Origin: an uncultured Ruminococcus sp. | Lineage (GTDB): Bacteria; Bacillota; Clostridia; Oscillospirales; Acutalibacteraceae | DNA: 37,213 nt | Direction of reading: 5' to 3' | NCBI GenBank assembly: GCA_964407485.1 | Contig: CAYOVQ010000001.1 | Location: 1-37,213 of the forward strand | Shown: in pieces, positions 24,366 to 33,246 of the stretch | How the letters are laid out: every line of letters starts with the position of its first letter | How positions within the stretch are numbered: the stretch's first letter is position 1 | The notes under the pieces: generated by a model | Seen by the model: only the letters and a program-made list of their open reading frames with translations | What the model was told of the DNA's origin: nothing | The model's database searches: none | Translations under genes and position numbers: made by a program

Positions 24366-25334
24366 TCACATATCGCGGTTTTGTTCAAGTGCTTTTTCAA
24401 AAATTAGTTTTACATCGTCAAGCGACGAAATTTCACCACACATACGACGTAGACTTGCCGAACCGCGAAGCCCCGTAAGATACCACGCGGTGTGCTTGCG
24501 AGACTCTAAAATCGCAGTGCGGGGTTCTTTGTATTTGTGCATAAGTTCTATCTGTTTAAGGCAGATTTTAAAACGCTCTTGTAAAGTAGGCGGAGTATAT
24601 TCGCGTCCTTCAAAAAAAGCATTTATTTCATTAAAAACAAATGGGTTTCCCTGCGCTCCGCGACCCACCATAACATAGTCGCAACCCGTGTATTCATACA
24701 TAAATTTTGCGCTTTTGGCGTCACACACATCGCCGTTAGCAATAACGGGGATTTTTACTGCGCGCTTGACATCGCGAATTATATCGTGGTTCACAGGTGG
24801 CGCATACATCTGCTTGCGTGTTCTGCCGTGAACGGTGATTGCCGCCGCGCCTGCCTCCTCGCACATACGCGCAAGTTCTACGGCGTTAAGACTGTCGTTA
24901 TCCCAGCCTGCGCGCATTTTTACAGTAATGGGTACATGTGCTGAACGCACGACTTCTTGTACAATTTTTGCGGCAAGTTCGGGTTCTTTCATAAGCGCGC
25001 TACCGCCGCCGTGACCTGCAACCTTGGGCGCGGGGCAACCCATATTTATATCAATAAAATCTGGATTTAATTCCTCGGCGTGCAAAGCCGCGGCAGCCAT
25101 TATTTCAGGATCACGTCCAAAAAGTTGCGACGCGCATACTGCGTCCCCTTTAAAGCACTCAAGCAGGCGCGCAGATTTTTTATCACCCTGCATAACACCA
25201 CGCGCGCTTGTAAGTTCGCCCACGGTAAAGCCCGCACCGTACTCCGCACATATTTCTCTCATAGCCCTGTCGGCAACACCTGCCATAGGCGCTAGAGCAG
25301 CATAACCTTTAATTTCAATATTCTTAATCTTCAT
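24366..25334 (-). CDS. dusB: tRNA-dihydrouridine synthase
   Basis: LAPMAGVADRAMREI, DINMGCP and VKMRAGWD motifs. The start is taken as the internal ATG 25334 (MKIKNIEIKG...). Confidence 0.88.
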   Translation of the reverse strand: MKIKNIEIKGYAALAPMAGVADRAMREICAEYGAGFTVGELTSARGVMQGDKKSARLLECFKGDAVCASQLFGRDPEIMAAAALHAEELNPDFIDINMGCPAPKVAGHGGGSALMKEPELAAKIVQEVVRSAHVPITVKMRAGWDNDSLNAVELARMCEEAGAAAITVHGRTRKQMYAPPVNHDIIRDVKRAVKIPVIANGDVCDAKSAKFMYEYTGCDYVMVGRGAQGNPFVFNEINAFFEGREYTPPTLQERFKICLKQIELMHKYKEPRTAILESRKHTAWYLTGLRGSASLRRMCGEISSLDDVKLIFEKALEQNRDM

Positions 25335-25386
25335 AAGTGACATTATAACCAAAAATGAATTTTCTGTCAATTTTTTAAATTTTATA

Positions 25387-25415
25387 GTGACAAAATGTTA
25401 TTATAATGCTATAAT
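25387..25415 (+). promoter_or_regulatory. Sigma-A-type promoter for polA
   Basis: GTGACA (25387-25392), 17 nt, TATAAT (25410-25415), with extended -10 TGc. Confidence 0.4.
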
Positions 25416-25456
25416 AATTATAATTATAATTATATACTAAAAGGAGAAATGGCGTT

Positions 25457-27982
25457 TTGAAACTGCTTGCAATTGACGGAAACAGCATAATAAACCGCGC
25501 TTTTTACGGTATAAAACTGCTTTCTACCAAAGACGGTCAGTACACCAATGCCGTTTACGGATTTATAAATATTTTAAATAAACTGCTTGAAAAAGAAAAT
25601 CCCGACTGTGTTGCAGTGGCGTTTGACCTCAAAGCCCCTACATTCCGTCATAAAATGTATGACGCATACAAAGCGGGCAGACACGCTATGCCCGATGAGT
25701 TGCACCAGCAGTTTCCTGTTCTTAAAGAATGGCTTACGCTTGCAGGATATAAATATATTGAATGTGAAGGCTATGAAGCCGACGATATTTTGGGCACTCT
25801 GGCAGAAAGCGCCCACAAAAGCGGTGACAGTTGCGTTATCGCCACAGGTGACCGCGATTCACTTCAGTTGGTGTCAGACACCACACGTGTTCTGCTTACG
25901 GTAACCAAAATGGGTCACCCCGAAATCACTGATTACACGGTAGAAAAACTTTTTGAAGATTACGGTCTTACTCCTGATGAGATGATAGAACTTAAATCAC
26001 TTATGGGTGACTCATCAGATAACATTCCGGGTGTTACGGGAGTGGGGCAAAAAACCGCAACCGACCTTATCACCCGCTACCACAGTATCGATTACATCTA
26101 TGAACATTTGGACGAACTTGATATTAAAGACGGCGTGCGCACAAAACTCGCCACAGACAAAGACAATGCTTTTTTAAGCCGCACACTTGGTACTATCAGC
26201 CGTGAAGCGCCTATTGATACAAACATTGCAAGTTATAAGATAAGCATGGCAAACACTAACGGCCTTGCCGCACTTATGACAAAACTTGAATTCTTTAAAC
26301 TTATGGAAAAAATGGGAATTACTCCTGTTGTCTCTGTGCAAAACACCACAAACAAAACCAAAAATCTTACCTTTAAAAAAGGCACTGCCGCCGACATTAA
26401 AGACACCGCGGATATTTATATAAGCGATAACGGTATTGCGGCAGTAAGCGGTAAAGTTGTATGCCGTTTAACCGAAACCGAATTAACTGCGCTTTTAGAG
26501 AATAAAAATATAATTAAACGCGTTTATGATTATAAAAATCTTTATAAAAAATACGCAGGTACAAAGGCGGTACAGTTTGATGCCATGCTGGCAGGTTATC
26601 TTTGCAACCCGTCTGCATCGGACTATTCTCTGCCCCGTCTTGTTGCAGAATATAGTGCCGCTGACTATACAGCAGAAAACTGTGATGATGAATGTCTCTT
26701 AACCGCAGTGCAGTTTACCGCTTGTTGTGACGGACTTACAAAGTCGCTTAACGACAGCGGACAGTTAGACCTGCTTTATAATATTGAAGTGCCCCTTGCT
26801 CGCGTGTTAGCAATTATGGAAAAAGTTGGCTTTTTAGCCGATTTTGACGGACTGCAAGAGCATTCAAAACTGTTAGCCACAAGAATTGAAGAACTTACTG
26901 CCGAAATATATAATCTTGCAGGGGAAGAATTTAACCTTAATTCGCCCAAGCAACTCGGTCAGATTTTGTTTGTAAAACTGGGTCTGCCCGCCAAAAAGAA
27001 AACAAAAAGCGGTTTCAGCACCAATGCCGAAGTGCTTGAAGAACTGCGTTACGATTACCCGATAGTAGAAATGATTTTGCAGTACAGACAACTTGCAAAA
27101 CTTAAATCCACTTACTGTGACGGTTTACTTGCGTGCCGTGGTGACGACGGCAGAATTCATTCTACCTTTAACCAGACCGAAGCAAGAACAGGCAGAATCA
27201 GTTCGCTTGAGCCAAATCTTCAGAATATTCCCGTAAGAACAGAAGAAGGCAGAATTTTGCGCAAGTTTTTCACCGCGCGTGACGGTTACGTACTCTGTGA
27301 TGCCGACTACTCACAGATAGAACTGCGTGTACTCGCATCTATGGCAAATGACCCTGTTATGATTGACGCGTTCAAAAGCGATACCGACATTCACACAGTA
27401 ACCGCATCGCAGGTGTTTAATATTCCGATTGAAATGGTACTACCCGTTATGCGCAGTCGCGCAAAAGCGGTTAACTTTGGTATTGTTTACGGCATAGGCG
27501 CATTTTCACTCGCTAAAGATATTGGTGTCAGCCGCAAAGAAGCCGACACATACATTAAGAACTATCTTGATACCTACAAGGGTATTGCGCGCTATATGGA
27601 AACCACTATCGAAGCCGCAAAGGCCGACGGATATGTCTCTACTCTTTTTGGCAGAAGACGTTATCTGCCCGAACTTTCGGCATCTAACGGTATGCTTCGC
27701 GCCTTTGGCGAGCGTGTTGCGCGCAACGCGCCCATACAGGGCACTGCCGCCGATATTATAAAAATTGCTATGATAAAGGTAAGCGACCGACTTCAAAAAG
27801 AAATACCCGACGCGCAACTCATCTTGCAGGTGCACGATGAACTTATTGTAGAATGTAAAGAGGACGATAAAGCGGCTGTTTGTAAAATTCTTGAAGAAGA
27901 AATGTCTGCCGCCGCCTCACTTACAGTAGAACTCAAGGTTGACGCGCACAGCGGCAAAACATGGCTTGAGGCAAAAGACTGA
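25457..27982 (+). CDS. polA: DNA polymerase I
   Basis: TTG start 9 nt after AAGGAG. It has a 5'-nuclease domain (LLAIDGNSIINRAFY, GDSSDNIPGV) and polymerase motifs DYSQIELRVLA, RSRAKAVNFGIVYG and QVHDEL. Confidence 0.95.
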   Translation: MKLLAIDGNSIINRAFYGIKLLSTKDGQYTNAVYGFINILNKLLEKENPDCVAVAFDLKAPTFRHKMYDAYKAGRHAMPDELHQQFPVLKEWLTLAGYKYIECEGYEADDILGTLAESAHKSGDSCVIATGDRDSLQLVSDTTRVLLTVTKMGHPEITDYTVEKLFEDYGLTPDEMIELKSLMGDSSDNIPGVTGVGQKTATDLITRYHSIDYIYEHLDELDIKDGVRTKLATDKDNAFLSRTLGTISREAPIDTNIASYKISMANTNGLAALMTKLEFFKLMEKMGITPVVSVQNTTNKTKNLTFKKGTAADIKDTADIYISDNGIAAVSGKVVCRLTETELTALLENKNIIKRVYDYKNLYKKYAGTKAVQFDAMLAGYLCNPSASDYSLPRLVAEYSAADYTAENCDDECLLTAVQFTACCDGLTKSLNDSGQLDLLYNIEVPLARVLAIMEKVGFLADFDGLQEHSKLLATRIEELTAEIYNLAGEEFNLNSPKQLGQILFVKLGLPAKKKTKSGFSTNAEVLEELRYDYPIVEMILQYRQLAKLKSTYCDGLLACRGDDGRIHSTFNQTEARTGRISSLEPNLQNIPVRTEEGRILRKFFTARDGYVLCDADYSQIELRVLASMANDPVMIDAFKSDTDIHTVTASQVFNIPIEMVLPVMRSRAKAVNFGIVYGIGAFSLAKDIGVSRKEADTYIKNYLDTYKGIARYMETTIEAAKADGYVSTLFGRRRYLPELSASNGMLRAFGERVARNAPIQGTAADIIKIAMIKVSDRLQKEIPDAQLILQVHDELIVECKEDDKAAVCKILEEEMSAAASLTVELKVDAHSGKTWLEAKD

Positions 27983-27983
27983 T

Positions 27984-28826
27984 ATGAATATTATTTTTGT
28001 GTGCACGGGTAACACCTGCCGAAGTCCTATGTCAGAGGGATATTTAAAATCTAAAAATTTAGACGGTGTATCCGTAATAAGCCGTGGTTTTAGTTGCGGC
28101 GAACCTGCTAATCCAAACTCTGTCGCCGTTATGAATGAGATGAGCATTGACATTTCAGAGCATATATCTCAATGCATTACTTCAGATGAGATATTACAAG
28201 CCGACGCTATAATATGTATGACCGAGTCACACAGGCAGATTTTATTATCATCGGGTTGCAATAAAAACCGTATATATGTTTTATCGGGCGGTATTCCAGA
28301 CCCGTTTGGCTGTGATATTGATACATACCGCAGATGCCGTGACAATATATTTGCAGGCATTGATAATCTTATAAATAACGGTTTTTTTGACACGGTTACA
28401 GTAAAATATGCAACAAGCGGCGATATTGCAGATATTGCAAAAATTGAAAAAGAATGTTTTTCTACACCTTGGAGTGAAAACGCAATAAGAGAGTCAATGT
28501 ATGCGGGTACTGCGTTTTATATAGCGCGTGTAAAAGACAATGTTGCAGGTTATATGGGTATTTCAAAAATTGCAGGCGAAGGCTATGTAACAAACATTGC
28601 GGTCTTGCCGCAACACCGTCGCAAAGGTGTTGGCAAAAAGTTGCTTGAATACGTAATAAGCGACTGTGAGCACCAACTTGAATTTATATCTCTTGAAGTA
28701 CGGGTTTCAAACGATGCTGCAATTTCACTTTATAATAAATTTGGCTTCACTCAAGTTGGCAGACGCAAAAGATTTTATACAAACCCACAAGAAGACGCAC
28801 TAATAATGACAAAAAATTTCAACTGA
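27984..28826 (+). CDS. rimI: Fusion protein: LMW protein phosphatase domain (YwlE-like) + ribosomal-protein-alanine N-acetyltransferase RimI
   Basis: ATG lies 1 nt after the polA TGA. N-terminal domain: FVCTGNTCRSPM P-loop and IPDPFG acid loop. C-terminal GNAT: NIAVLPQHRRKGVGKKLL. The frame is continuous over 280 aa. Confidence 0.85.
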   Translation: MNIIFVCTGNTCRSPMSEGYLKSKNLDGVSVISRGFSCGEPANPNSVAVMNEMSIDISEHISQCITSDEILQADAIICMTESHRQILLSSGCNKNRIYVLSGGIPDPFGCDIDTYRRCRDNIFAGIDNLINNGFFDTVTVKYATSGDIADIAKIEKECFSTPWSENAIRESMYAGTAFYIARVKDNVAGYMGISKIAGEGYVTNIAVLPQHRRKGVGKKLLEYVISDCEHQLEFISLEVRVSNDAAISLYNKFGFTQVGRRKRFYTNPQEDALIMTKNFN

Positions 28827-28842
28827 TTTTTACGGTGATTTA

Positions 28843-29847
28843 ATGATAATTTTAGCAATAGAATCGTCTTGTGACGAAACGTCGGTAGCCATAACCGATG
28901 AACGCAAAATTCTTTCAAATATAGTTGCTACTCAAATAGCCGAACACAAAATTTACGGCGGTGTTGTGCCCGAAATCGCCTCACGCAGACATACCGAGGC
29001 AATAAGTCAAGTGTGTGCAGAGGCTTTAAAGGCTGCAGGTATTACATACAGCGACATTGATGCAGTTGCTGTTACGTTTGCGCCCGGTCTTATTGGGGCA
29101 TTGCTTGTAGGGGTTAACTTTGCAAAAGGTTTAAGTCACGCTTTGGGCGTACCGCTTATCCCCGTACATCATCTACGCTCACACATAGCGGCAAACTACA
29201 TCGACACACCCGAACTTAAACCTCCGTTTATGTGCCTTACCGTATCGGGCGGCAACACTATAATCACAGAGGTTACAGATTATACCAAATTTAACCCCGT
29301 TGGCAGAACTACCGATGATGCCGCAGGCGAATGTTTTGATAAAACCGCGCGCGCATTGGGGCTTTCATACCCAGGCGGTGTCAATCTTGATAAAATTGCA
29401 ACCGAGGCGGATGTAAAAAAATATCCTCTTCCCTCACCTCACACCGAAAACGAATATGATTTTAGTTTTTCAGGACTTAAAACCGCAGTTGTAAACCTTG
29501 TTCACAACAAGACCCAAAAAGGCGAAGAGATCGACACACCTGTTCTTGCCGCTACAATAAGGCAAAAGGTGTGCGATATACTTATACAAAAAACAATATC
29601 CTCTGTGGAAAAGAGCGGTTACAAAACGCTGGTGCTTGCGGGCGGTGTTTCGGCTAATTCCGAACTGCGAGCAAGAATGCAAAAAGAATGCGATAATCGC
29701 GGCATAAAACTTTATTACCCACCGCTTAAATACTGCGGCGACAATGCCGCTATGGTAGGTGTACAGGGATATTATGAATTTGCAAGCGGGAACGTTTCTG
29801 ACGCTTCACTTAACGCGACGGCAACATTGCCTATAAATTACAGATAA
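28843..29847 (+). CDS. tsaD: tRNA N6-adenosine threonylcarbamoyltransferase
   Basis: MIILAIESSCDETSVAI N-terminus, plus HH..SHI and GGVSAN motifs. Confidence 0.95.
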   Translation: MIILAIESSCDETSVAITDERKILSNIVATQIAEHKIYGGVVPEIASRRHTEAISQVCAEALKAAGITYSDIDAVAVTFAPGLIGALLVGVNFAKGLSHALGVPLIPVHHLRSHIAANYIDTPELKPPFMCLTVSGGNTIITEVTDYTKFNPVGRTTDDAAGECFDKTARALGLSYPGGVNLDKIATEADVKKYPLPSPHTENEYDFSFSGLKTAVVNLVHNKTQKGEEIDTPVLAATIRQKVCDILIQKTISSVEKSGYKTLVLAGGVSANSELRARMQKECDNRGIKLYYPPLKYCGDNAAMVGVQGYYEFASGNVSDASLNATATLPINYR

Positions 29848-29868
29848 TCTATTTTGGAGGTTTTGCAT

Positions 29869-30780
29869 ATGAAAAACAAAAAACTTCTTATAATAACCAA
29901 TCCCCGTGCGGGAAAGGCAAAAATAAAGAATGACCTATTAAAGATTATTCAGATTTTTTCAGAAGCCGATTTTGATGTCAGCGTTTACCCCACAAAATGT
30001 CAGGGCGATGCCACAATTAAGGCGCAGTCAATACGCGAGGGCGAATATGACCGCATAGTTGTGTGCGGCGGAGACGGCACGCTCAACGAGGTAATAACAG
30101 GTATTATGCGTTCAAAAATCAAATGCACTTTAGGTTATATTCCCTACGGTACGCTTAACGAATGGTCTTCGGGACTTAATATTTCGCGCAATCCCGCAAC
30201 CGCTGCAAGCGATATTGTAAACGGTGTAGAAACCGACCTTGATATAGGTAAATTTGATGACAAATATTTCTCATATACCGCTTCATTCGGCGCATTTACC
30301 GAGGCTTCGTACTCGGCACCGCAAGAGGTTAAAAACGTATTAGGTCAGGCGGCATATTTTTTTGAAGGCATCAAAAGTTTAAGCAATATTAAACCTATTC
30401 ATCTTAAATTTAAATTTGACGACCGTGAAATTGAAGATGACTTTTTGTTTGGCGCAGTTTCAAACTCTATGTCGGTAGGCGGCATAGTAAAGTTTAATGA
30501 CTCTGTGGTTAAACTTAATGACGGCAAGTTTGAAGTTTTTCTTATTAAAAATCCAAATACAATAATGCAATTTCAATCAATTGTTGACGGAATTTTAAGA
30601 AAAGATTTGTCACGCGACGGAATAGAATTTTTCCACGCTCACGAAGTGACCATAACGGGCGGCGAAGCTGTGCCGTGGACGCTTGACGGTGAATTTTCTG
30701 CAGGTAAAGACACGCTGACACTTACAAATATTCCGTCGGCAATACATCTTATCGTTCCGCCTCAAAAGGATAACAAATAA
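29869..30780 (+). CDS. Diacylglycerol-kinase-family lipid kinase (YegS/BmrU/DagK type)
   Basis: ATG 29869 follows GGAGG. NPRAGK and the VCGGDGTLNEV catalytic-domain motifs are present. Confidence 0.85.
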   Translation: MKNKKLLIITNPRAGKAKIKNDLLKIIQIFSEADFDVSVYPTKCQGDATIKAQSIREGEYDRIVVCGGDGTLNEVITGIMRSKIKCTLGYIPYGTLNEWSSGLNISRNPATAASDIVNGVETDLDIGKFDDKYFSYTASFGAFTEASYSAPQEVKNVLGQAAYFFEGIKSLSNIKPIHLKFKFDDREIEDDFLFGAVSNSMSVGGIVKFNDSVVKLNDGKFEVFLIKNPNTIMQFQSIVDGILRKDLSRDGIEFFHAHEVTITGGEAVPWTLDGEFSAGKDTLTLTNIPSAIHLIVPPQKDNK

Positions 30781-30798
30781 GTTTTAAGGAGTTTATAT

Positions 30799-31818
30799 AT
30801 GTTTACAAGAGATATTGGCGTTGACCTTGGCACTGCTAATACATTGGTATGTGTAAAAGGCAAAGGAATTATAATGCGCGAGCCATCTGTTGTGGCTTAT
30901 GATGTACGAAACGATGCCGTGCGCGCGGTTGGTCGCGAGGCTAAAGAAATGATAGGCAGAACCCCAGGTTCCATTGTAGCCGTGCGCCCACTTAAAGACG
31001 GCGTTATTGCCGACTTTGACGTAACCGCCGCTATGCTTAAAAGATTTGTAAGTGTGGCGCTTAAAGGCTCGTTCTTTTCGCGCGTTCGTATGGTAATCTG
31101 CATACCCACCGGTGTAACCGAGGTTGAAAGCCGCGCTGTTTACGATGCCGCAAAGCAAGCAGGCGCATATGACATTGACCTTGTTGAAGAACCTATGGCA
31201 GCGGCGGTAGGCGCAGGACTTCCAGTTCAGGAAGCCACAGGTAATATGATAGTTGATATCGGAGGCGGTACAAGTGAAATTGCCGTTATTTCATTAGGCG
31301 ATATTGTTACCGCACAATCACTGCGCATTGCAGGTGATGACCTTGATGAAGCAATCATTAACTATATGCGTAAAAAGCACAATCTGCTTATAGGTGAACG
31401 CACTGCTGAACAGATTAAAATAGATATTGGCTCTGCAAAAGAGTATGAAGGTGAAACATCTATAGAAATCAAGGGTCGAAATGTTGTTGACGGTCTGCCA
31501 AAGAACGTTACCATAACTTCTGCCGAAGTGCGTGACGCCATGGTTGATCCTATCTCACAGATAATTGATGCAATACGTTCAACACTTGAAAAAACACCTC
31601 CCGAACTTTCTGCCGATATTATAGACAGCGGTATAACCCTTACGGGCGGCACCGCGTTACTTCGCGGACTTGCCGAACTTATAGCAGAAGAGACAGGCAT
31701 GCCTGTAAGCGTTGCCGCAAATCCCCTCGACTGCGTTGTTTTGGGCGCGGCAAAGCGTCTTGAAGACGACAGCGGATTCCAGAACTATGTATTCCGCAGA
31801 GGAAAAAGATTTAGATAA
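30799..31818 (+). CDS. mreB: Rod shape-determining protein MreB
   Basis: DIGVDLGTANTLV, EEPMAAAVGAG and DIGGGTSEIAVISLG motifs. Confidence 0.96.
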   Translation: MFTRDIGVDLGTANTLVCVKGKGIIMREPSVVAYDVRNDAVRAVGREAKEMIGRTPGSIVAVRPLKDGVIADFDVTAAMLKRFVSVALKGSFFSRVRMVICIPTGVTEVESRAVYDAAKQAGAYDIDLVEEPMAAAVGAGLPVQEATGNMIVDIGGGTSEIAVISLGDIVTAQSLRIAGDDLDEAIINYMRKKHNLLIGERTAEQIKIDIGSAKEYEGETSIEIKGRNVVDGLPKNVTITSAEVRDAMVDPISQIIDAIRSTLEKTPPELSADIIDSGITLTGGTALLRGLAELIAEETGMPVSVAANPLDCVVLGAAKRLEDDSGFQNYVFRRGKRFR

Positions 31819-31835
31819 ATTAAGGAGAAATAAAA

Positions 31836-32696
31836 ATGCGTTTTTTTCTTCGCAGCCGTCAGTTTAAAATTATACTGGCAGTTTTTTGCGCCGTTGTTTT
31901 GTTAACGGCTTCCTTTGCAATTTTTGCTAAACGTATGTCGCCGCAAACCGACATTGCGGGTACTGTTGCCGCACCATTTAGAAGTTTTTTTACCAGCGTA
32001 TCAAATATCGTTACTGATTTTTTTGAAACTTATAACAGCGGCAGCGAACTTAGTCTTGAAAATTCAGAACTTAAAGCAGAAATTGATTCTTTACGTCAAA
32101 AGATTGCCGATTATGAAGAAATTTCCGAGCAGAACGAATTTTATAAAGATTATCTCGGTATAAAAGAAAATAATCCCGATTTTGATTTTTGTGATGCAAC
32201 ACTAATTGCCCGCGATCACGACGACCCATACGGCGGTTTCACTATAAATAAGGGGTCCACCGCAGGAATTGATAAATACGATCCCGTTATTACCGACGCA
32301 GGAATTGTGGGTTACGTTACCGAAGTTGGTCTTACTTCGTGCAAGGTTACCACAATATTCAGTCCCGATATAACGTTAGGCGCTCTCGACAACCGAACAA
32401 GTGATTCGGGTATTGTTACAGGCTCTTTATCATTCGCCGAAAACGGATTTTGCCGTCTGCAAAATCTTGCACGCTCATGCAGTGTTGCCGTAGGCGATTA
32501 TGTAATAACTTCGGGTGAGGGTATTTTCCCCGAAGGCCTGCTTATAGGCTCGGTTAACAACATTGGCATTGATGAAAACAACAACTCTATCTATGCCGAA
32601 ATAAAACCTTTTGCCGAGATTTTCGAACTGCGCTCGGTTATGGTTATAACCTCTTTTGAAGGACAGGGCGGTATAAACGTCGAGGGCGGTGAATAA
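31836..32696 (+). CDS. mreC: Rod shape-determining protein MreC
   Basis: N-terminal TM, coiled coil (LENSELKAEIDSLRQKI), and beta-rich C-terminal domains (GIVGYVTEV, VITSGEGIFPEGLLIG). Confidence 0.9.
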   Translation: MRFFLRSRQFKIILAVFCAVVLLTASFAIFAKRMSPQTDIAGTVAAPFRSFFTSVSNIVTDFFETYNSGSELSLENSELKAEIDSLRQKIADYEEISEQNEFYKDYLGIKENNPDFDFCDATLIARDHDDPYGGFTINKGSTAGIDKYDPVITDAGIVGYVTEVGLTSCKVTTIFSPDITLGALDNRTSDSGIVTGSLSFAENGFCRLQNLARSCSVAVGDYVITSGEGIFPEGLLIGSVNNIGIDENNNSIYAEIKPFAEIFELRSVMVITSFEGQGGINVEGGE

Positions 32697-32700
32697 GCCT

Positions 32701-33213
32701 ATGACCAGTCAAAAAAACATTTTTACATTACGGTTTATTAACTCTCTGTTATTTATCCTCTTGATATTTGTTCAATATAACAATGTATTCTCATTAAAAA
32801 TTTTTCACGCCAACCCTATATTGCCATTAGCGCTTCTTGTGGCTGTTTGTATGTTTTGTTCAGAACTTACCGCCGCAATATCAGGGCTTATAATCGGTAT
32901 TTTTATGGATACTACTGCAAGCACGCCGCAAGGCTTTAATGCAATAATATTTTTAATTATAGGACTTTGCGCAGTGCTTATTATAAAGCATTTGTTTAAT
33001 AATAATATTTTATCGGCAATAGCGCTTTGCCTTATATGTACGGCGTTTTACTTTGTTTTACGTTGGCTGTTGTGCTATGCTTTCTCTATGTCTCTTACAG
33101 AAAATTTAACCTATTTAATGCGCACGGTGTTTCCCTCTTGTGTATATACCGCCGCTTTTATAGTTCCGTTTTATTATCTTGAAAAACACCTTTATAAAAA
33201 ATTTTATAAATAA
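32701..33213 (+). CDS. mreD: Rod shape-determining protein MreD
   Basis: ~170-aa polytopic membrane protein immediately after mreC. ATG 32701 is preferred over GTG 32689, which lies inside mreC. Confidence 0.72.
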   Translation: MTSQKNIFTLRFINSLLFILLIFVQYNNVFSLKIFHANPILPLALLVAVCMFCSELTAAISGLIIGIFMDTTASTPQGFNAIIFLIIGLCAVLIIKHLFNNNILSAIALCLICTAFYFVLRWLLCYAFSMSLTENLTYLMRTVFPSCVYTAAFIVPFYYLEKHLYKKFYK

Positions 33214-33246
33214 TTTTAAATATCTTTAAAAGCGAGGTGACTTTAA

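Noticed and set aside
25410-25437. An AT-rich run with reiterated ATAATT units (tataataattataattataattatata) as a microsatellite or regulatory repeat.
   Set aside because: It is short and overlaps the predicted polA -10 and initial transcribed region. It is most simply read as AT-rich promoter DNA, with nothing to support a separate function.
27939-27983. A 15-codon N-terminal extension of the phosphatase-RimI ORF overlapping the end of polA.
   Set aside because: The conserved LMW-phosphatase N-terminus (MNIIFVCTGNTCRS) begins at ATG 27984. The extension has no RBS and only overlaps polA.
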